A stretch of DNA of 64,000 nt. Origin: an uncultured Chloroflexia bacterium (lineage in GTDB: Bacteria > Chloroflexota > Limnocylindria > Limnocylindrales > CSP1-4). The notes under the pieces are model-generated. The model saw nothing but the letters and a program-made list of their open reading frames with translations. It ran no database searches and was not told the origin of the DNA. Made by a program: the position numbers and the translations under genes. The stretch is from NCBI GenBank assembly GCA_963718285.1, contig CAVQYU010000006.1, positions 94,059 to 158,058 on the forward strand, written 5' to 3'. How positions within the stretch are numbered: the stretch's first letter is position 1; each line of letters starts with the position of its first letter. This document shows, in pieces, positions 59,233 to 64,000 of the stretch.

Positions 59233-60234
59233 ATGCGCGCAGCCGTCTATGAAGGCGCAGGTCGCCTCGTGGTCCGCGATGTGCCCGACCCGGTGCCGGG
59301 TCCCGATGAGGTCCTGATCGAGGTCGAGGCGTGTGGGGTGTGCGGCTCGGACGTCCAGATCATCAACGTCCCGCCGGGTCACCCGTCCACGCCGCCGGTC
59401 ATCATCGGCCACGAGTTCGTGGGCTGGATCCGGGCCGCCGGCGCGGCCGTGCGCAACCCGGCGATCGGGGCCCGGGTCGTGGTCGACCCCGACCCGAAGT
59501 GCGGCGAGTGCCTGCCCTGCCGCTCCGGCCGGCCGGCCAACTGCATCAACATCGTGGCCCTGGGGGTGTACCGCGACGGCGCCCTGGCCCGCTTCGTCAC
59601 GACCCCGGCCAATACCGTCTATCCGATTGCGGCCAGCGTGCCGGCCGAGCTGGCCGCGCTCGTCGAGCCCCTGGCTTGCGTCGTGAACGGCACGAACAGG
59701 GCCGGCCTGCGGCCGGGCGAGACCGTAGTCGTGTTCGGCGCCGGGGCGATCGGCTGCCTGTTCATCGCCGTCCTGCGGGCCTCCGGAGCCAGCCGGATCG
59801 TGGCCATTGAGCCCAGCGCCCAGCGGGCCCCGGTCGCCTTGGCTGTCGGAGCCGACGTCGTGGTCACGCCTGACGAGTGGCTGGCCCAGCGGGCCGAGCT
59901 GATGCCGGCCGGGGCGGACGTCGTGGTCGATGCGGTCGGCAGCGTCCTGGCCCAGGCGATCGATGCGGCGGCCGTCGGCGCCCGGGTGATCATCTTCGGC
60001 ATGAACCAGAATGCCCACCCGGCCGTCCACCAGGTCGAGATCGTCGAGAAGGGCCTCTCGATCCTGGGCTCGTACATCTCGAACTTCACCTTCCCGGCCG
60101 CGATCAGGCTGGTCGAGAGCGGCCAGCTCAACCTGGCGCCCATGATCACGGCCTCGATCCCGCTCGACGACACGGCGGCCGGGATCGCCCGGATCCGCTC
60201 GGGCGAGGCCGTCAAGATCGTGATCAGGCCCTGA
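59233..60234 (+). CDS. Zinc-dependent medium-chain dehydrogenase/reductase (sorbitol/threonine dehydrogenase-like)
   Basis: The catalytic Zn ligands are in CGVCGSDV and GHEFVG. The structural Zn site is CGECLPCRSGRPANC. The Rossmann fold is VVFGAGAIG. SD GGAGG lies upstream of ATG 59233. Confidence 0.85.
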   Translation: MRAAVYEGAGRLVVRDVPDPVPGPDEVLIEVEACGVCGSDVQIINVPPGHPSTPPVIIGHEFVGWIRAAGAAVRNPAIGARVVVDPDPKCGECLPCRSGRPANCINIVALGVYRDGALARFVTTPANTVYPIAASVPAELAALVEPLACVVNGTNRAGLRPGETVVVFGAGAIGCLFIAVLRASGASRIVAIEPSAQRAPVALAVGADVVVTPDEWLAQRAELMPAGADVVVDAVGSVLAQAIDAAAVGARVIIFGMNQNAHPAVHQVEIVEKGLSILGSYISNFTFPAAIRLVESGQLNLAPMITASIPLDDTAAGIARIRSGEAVKIVIRP

Positions 60235-60261
60235 GCCAGCGCGCCCAGACGGAGGAACCGA

Positions 60262-61191
60262 ATGCCCACCAGCTCCTTTCGGGTCGCCAGTGCCCCGGTC
60301 TCGTTCGGCGTCGACGAGATCCTCGTCGACGATGCCTGGATGCCCGCCCCGGATGACATGCTCGACTGGATGGTCGACATCGGTTTCGAAGGGACCGAGC
60401 TCGGCTCGCCGGGCTACATGGGCGATGCCGGCCAGGTCCACCAGCGCCTGAGCAGTCGGGACCTCGAGCTTGTCGGAGCGTTCATCCCGCAGCACTTCAG
60501 CCGGGCCGAGAAAGCCGCTGAGGACCGGGCCAGCCTGGCCGACAGCCTGGCCGTGCTGGCCGGCGGCTCGCCGGCCGGATCCCATCCCTTCGCCGTCCTA
60601 TCGGATCACTTCGACGAGCCCGACCGGCGGGCCTTCTCGGGCCGGATCCAGGACCATCCCGAGACGTGGCTGTCGCCCGCTCGCTTCGACACCCTGATCG
60701 ATAATCTCCATCGGGCCGCCGAGGTCTGCCGGACGGCCGGCTTCGAGCCGGTCCTGCACCCCCATGCCGGGACGTACATCGAGACCTCCGACGAGATTGC
60801 CCGGGTGATGGACCGGATCGACCCGGCCATCCTCGGCCTGTGCCTCGACACCGGCCATTTCCGCTTCGGCGGGGCCGATCCGACCCAGTCCGTGCACGAC
60901 TACCACGAGCTCATCCGGCATGTCCACATCAAGGATTGCCGGACGGCCGTGATGGACGAGGTCAAGGCGGAGGGCAAGGGTCTCGATGAGGCTCTCGGCC
61001 GGGGAGTCTTCTGCCAGCTCGGCCTGGGCGACTCGCGGATCGATGACGTGATCGCTGCCCTGCGCTCGTACGACTACAGTGGCTGGCTGGTGATCGAGCA
61101 GGACCAGGCGTTGCGTTCGTCGGACACGCCCGAATCCGTGGCCGCCGGCCAGCGTGCCAATCGGGAATACCTGCGCCGGCTCGGGATCTGA
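60262..61191 (+). CDS. Sugar phosphate isomerase/epimerase, IolE (inosose dehydratase)-like TIM barrel
   Basis: Intact 309-aa ORF with blocks SAPVSFGVDE, LHPHAGTYIET, LCLDTGHF, HVHIKD and SGWLVIEQD. Confidence 0.78.
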   Translation: MPTSSFRVASAPVSFGVDEILVDDAWMPAPDDMLDWMVDIGFEGTELGSPGYMGDAGQVHQRLSSRDLELVGAFIPQHFSRAEKAAEDRASLADSLAVLAGGSPAGSHPFAVLSDHFDEPDRRAFSGRIQDHPETWLSPARFDTLIDNLHRAAEVCRTAGFEPVLHPHAGTYIETSDEIARVMDRIDPAILGLCLDTGHFRFGGADPTQSVHDYHELIRHVHIKDCRTAVMDEVKAEGKGLDEALGRGVFCQLGLGDSRIDDVIAALRSYDYSGWLVIEQDQALRSSDTPESVAAGQRANREYLRRLGI

Positions 61192-62257
61192 ATGGAGACG
61201 CCGCTCGGGCTGATGGCCCGGACCACGCCCACCGAGTACTGGAACGATTCCTGCTCGATCGCCGAGCTTGAATACGCCGTCGCCAACGGCGCCGTCGGGG
61301 CAACCTCCAACCCGACGATCGTGGGCGAGGTGCTCAAGAAGGAATACGAGGCCTGGCTGCCGCGCATCCGCCAGATCGCGGCCGAGCGGCCGAGCGCGTC
61401 CGACGTGGAGGTCACCTGGCAGCTGATCGAGGAGATGGCGGTCAAGGGCGCGGCGATCCTCGCCCCCATCTTCGAGCAGGCGGGCGGGCGGCGCGGGCGG
61501 CTGTCGATCCAGACCAACCCGACCCACTACCGGGACGCCCAGCGGATGCTCGAGCAGGGCCGCCAGTTCGACGGCCTGGCCCCCAACATGCAGGTCAAGT
61601 TCCCAGCCACGGCCGCCGGCCTGATCGCGATCGAGGAGGCCACGGCGCTGGGCATCTCGATCAACGCTACGGTCTCGTTCACCCTGCCCCAGGCCCTGGC
61701 CGTGGGGGCGGCCGTCGAACGCGGCCTCGACCGGCGCACGGCGGCCGGCCTGGACAACGCGACGATGAGCCCGGTCTGCACCCTGATGATCGGTCGCCTC
61801 GACGACTGGGTGAAGGCCGTCTGCGAGCGGGACCTGATCACGCTCGATCCGGGCGCCCCGAACTGGGCCGGCATCGCCGTGTTCAAGCGGACGGCCGCGC
61901 TGTACCGCGAGCGCGGCTACCGGACCCGTCCCCTGGCCGCCGCCTATCGCCATCACCTGCACTGGTCCGAGCTGATCGGCGGCGATGTCAGCCTGACGAT
62001 CCCGTATGCCTGGCAGCGCCGGTTCAACGCCTCGGCCGTCGAGGTTCGGCCACGCTTCGATGATCCGGTCCCGGCGGCCTACCTCGAGGAGCTCGTCACC
62101 CGGGTGCCCGATTTCGTGCAGGCCTACGAACCCGACGGGCTGGCCGTCGAGCAGTTCGACACCTACGGGGCGACGGTCCGTACCTTGCGCGGGTTCATCG
62201 GCTCGTACTGGGAGCTGGTCGGCACGATCGACGGGATCCTGCTGCCCAACCCGGACT

Positions 62258-62268
<11 letters not shown>
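61192..62268 (+). CDS. Transaldolase-family protein
   Basis: Intact 358-aa ORF. It has GATSNPTIV, the Schiff-base lysine block MQVKFPATAAG and INATVSF. Confidence 0.85.
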
Positions 62269-63618
<1,350 letters not shown>

Positions 63619-63622
<4 letters not shown>

Positions 63623-63966
63623 GCGCCGACGCAGGCGTAGAGGTAGCGCGTGCCCACCCCTGGCGAATCGATCTGGAAGCGGTACGAGCCACGCGGCAAG
63701 GCGGTCCCGCGGGGCAGGGCAAAGAGGACGACGGCCCCCGGCCCGGTCGACGGCAGGCGGTAGCTCGCGTCGACCGGCTTGCCGCTCAGGGAGGCGACCA
63801 GCGACGGCACCCGGGCAAAATCCTGGCGGGCCCCGTCGAGGTCCACCGCGCTGACCTTTGCCGCCGGGTTGATGTCGGGAAAGGTGACCCCGAGGTAGAG
63901 GACCCGGTCGGCCGGGAGCGGCACGGCGAAGCGGAGGCGAGGGGTTGCCTTGGCCGCGCACGCCAC
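63619..63966 (-). CDS. Hypothetical protein, possibly 5'-truncated by the window edge
   Basis: The tracked ORF is 115 aa and translationally coupled to the aminotransferase. The frame stays open up to position 64000. I recognise no motif. Confidence 0.35.
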
Positions 63967-64000
63967 GTCCGGATGGCCCGGCCGCTCGATCGGTCGGGTG

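Overview
Very GC-rich, gene-dense bacterial chromosomal window. I saw no rRNA, CRISPR array, transposase or integrase. The left ~37 kb is mostly housekeeping. It holds hisF-hisIE, tyrS and a class A PBP. It also holds a minus-strand block tRNA-Val / thrS / infC-rpmI-rplT / pheS-pheT / cvpA / mpg / mutS2, whose order resembles Bacillus. Further right are a small MerR cluster, two F420/LLM-type oxidoreductase paralogs (the second at 58 kb), RNA methyltransferases and cysS. A long overlapping minus-strand operon runs SBP, peptidase MA, DUF881 x2, DUF951, MFS, asparaginase, amidohydrolase. The right ~27 kb (36.9-63.6 kb) is an accessory catabolic island. It contains iolD, five IolE/IolH-like TIM-barrel enzymes, a Gfo/Idh/MocA dehydrogenase, a Zn-dependent MDR dehydrogenase, and DegT-family and class III aminotransferases. 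It also contains a transaldolase, a P450, a PotABCD-type ABC importer, MFS and DMT transporters, and one LacI-family regulator. Two ~870-aa paralogous PHP/CehA-like metallohydrolases in the island carry an uncharacterised N-terminal half. The strongest sequence-level signal is a LacI-type operator (TGCAATCGGTTGC) present five times in the island's intergenic regions. Four of the copies sit in nearly identical TTGACG-17/18-TAnnnT promoter modules, which suggests a single regulon. I suggest it degrades an amino-cyclitol or inosamine-like compound; this is inference only. Caveat: many genes in the first 44 kb, including essential ones, are broken by single-base frame changes, while the last 20 kb is almost clean. 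I read these as sequence indel errors, so gene ends and starts there are approximate. Taxon cannot be determined from the sequence alone; the synteny and F420-type enzymes suggest Terrabacteria (Chloroflexota or Actinomycetota-like).
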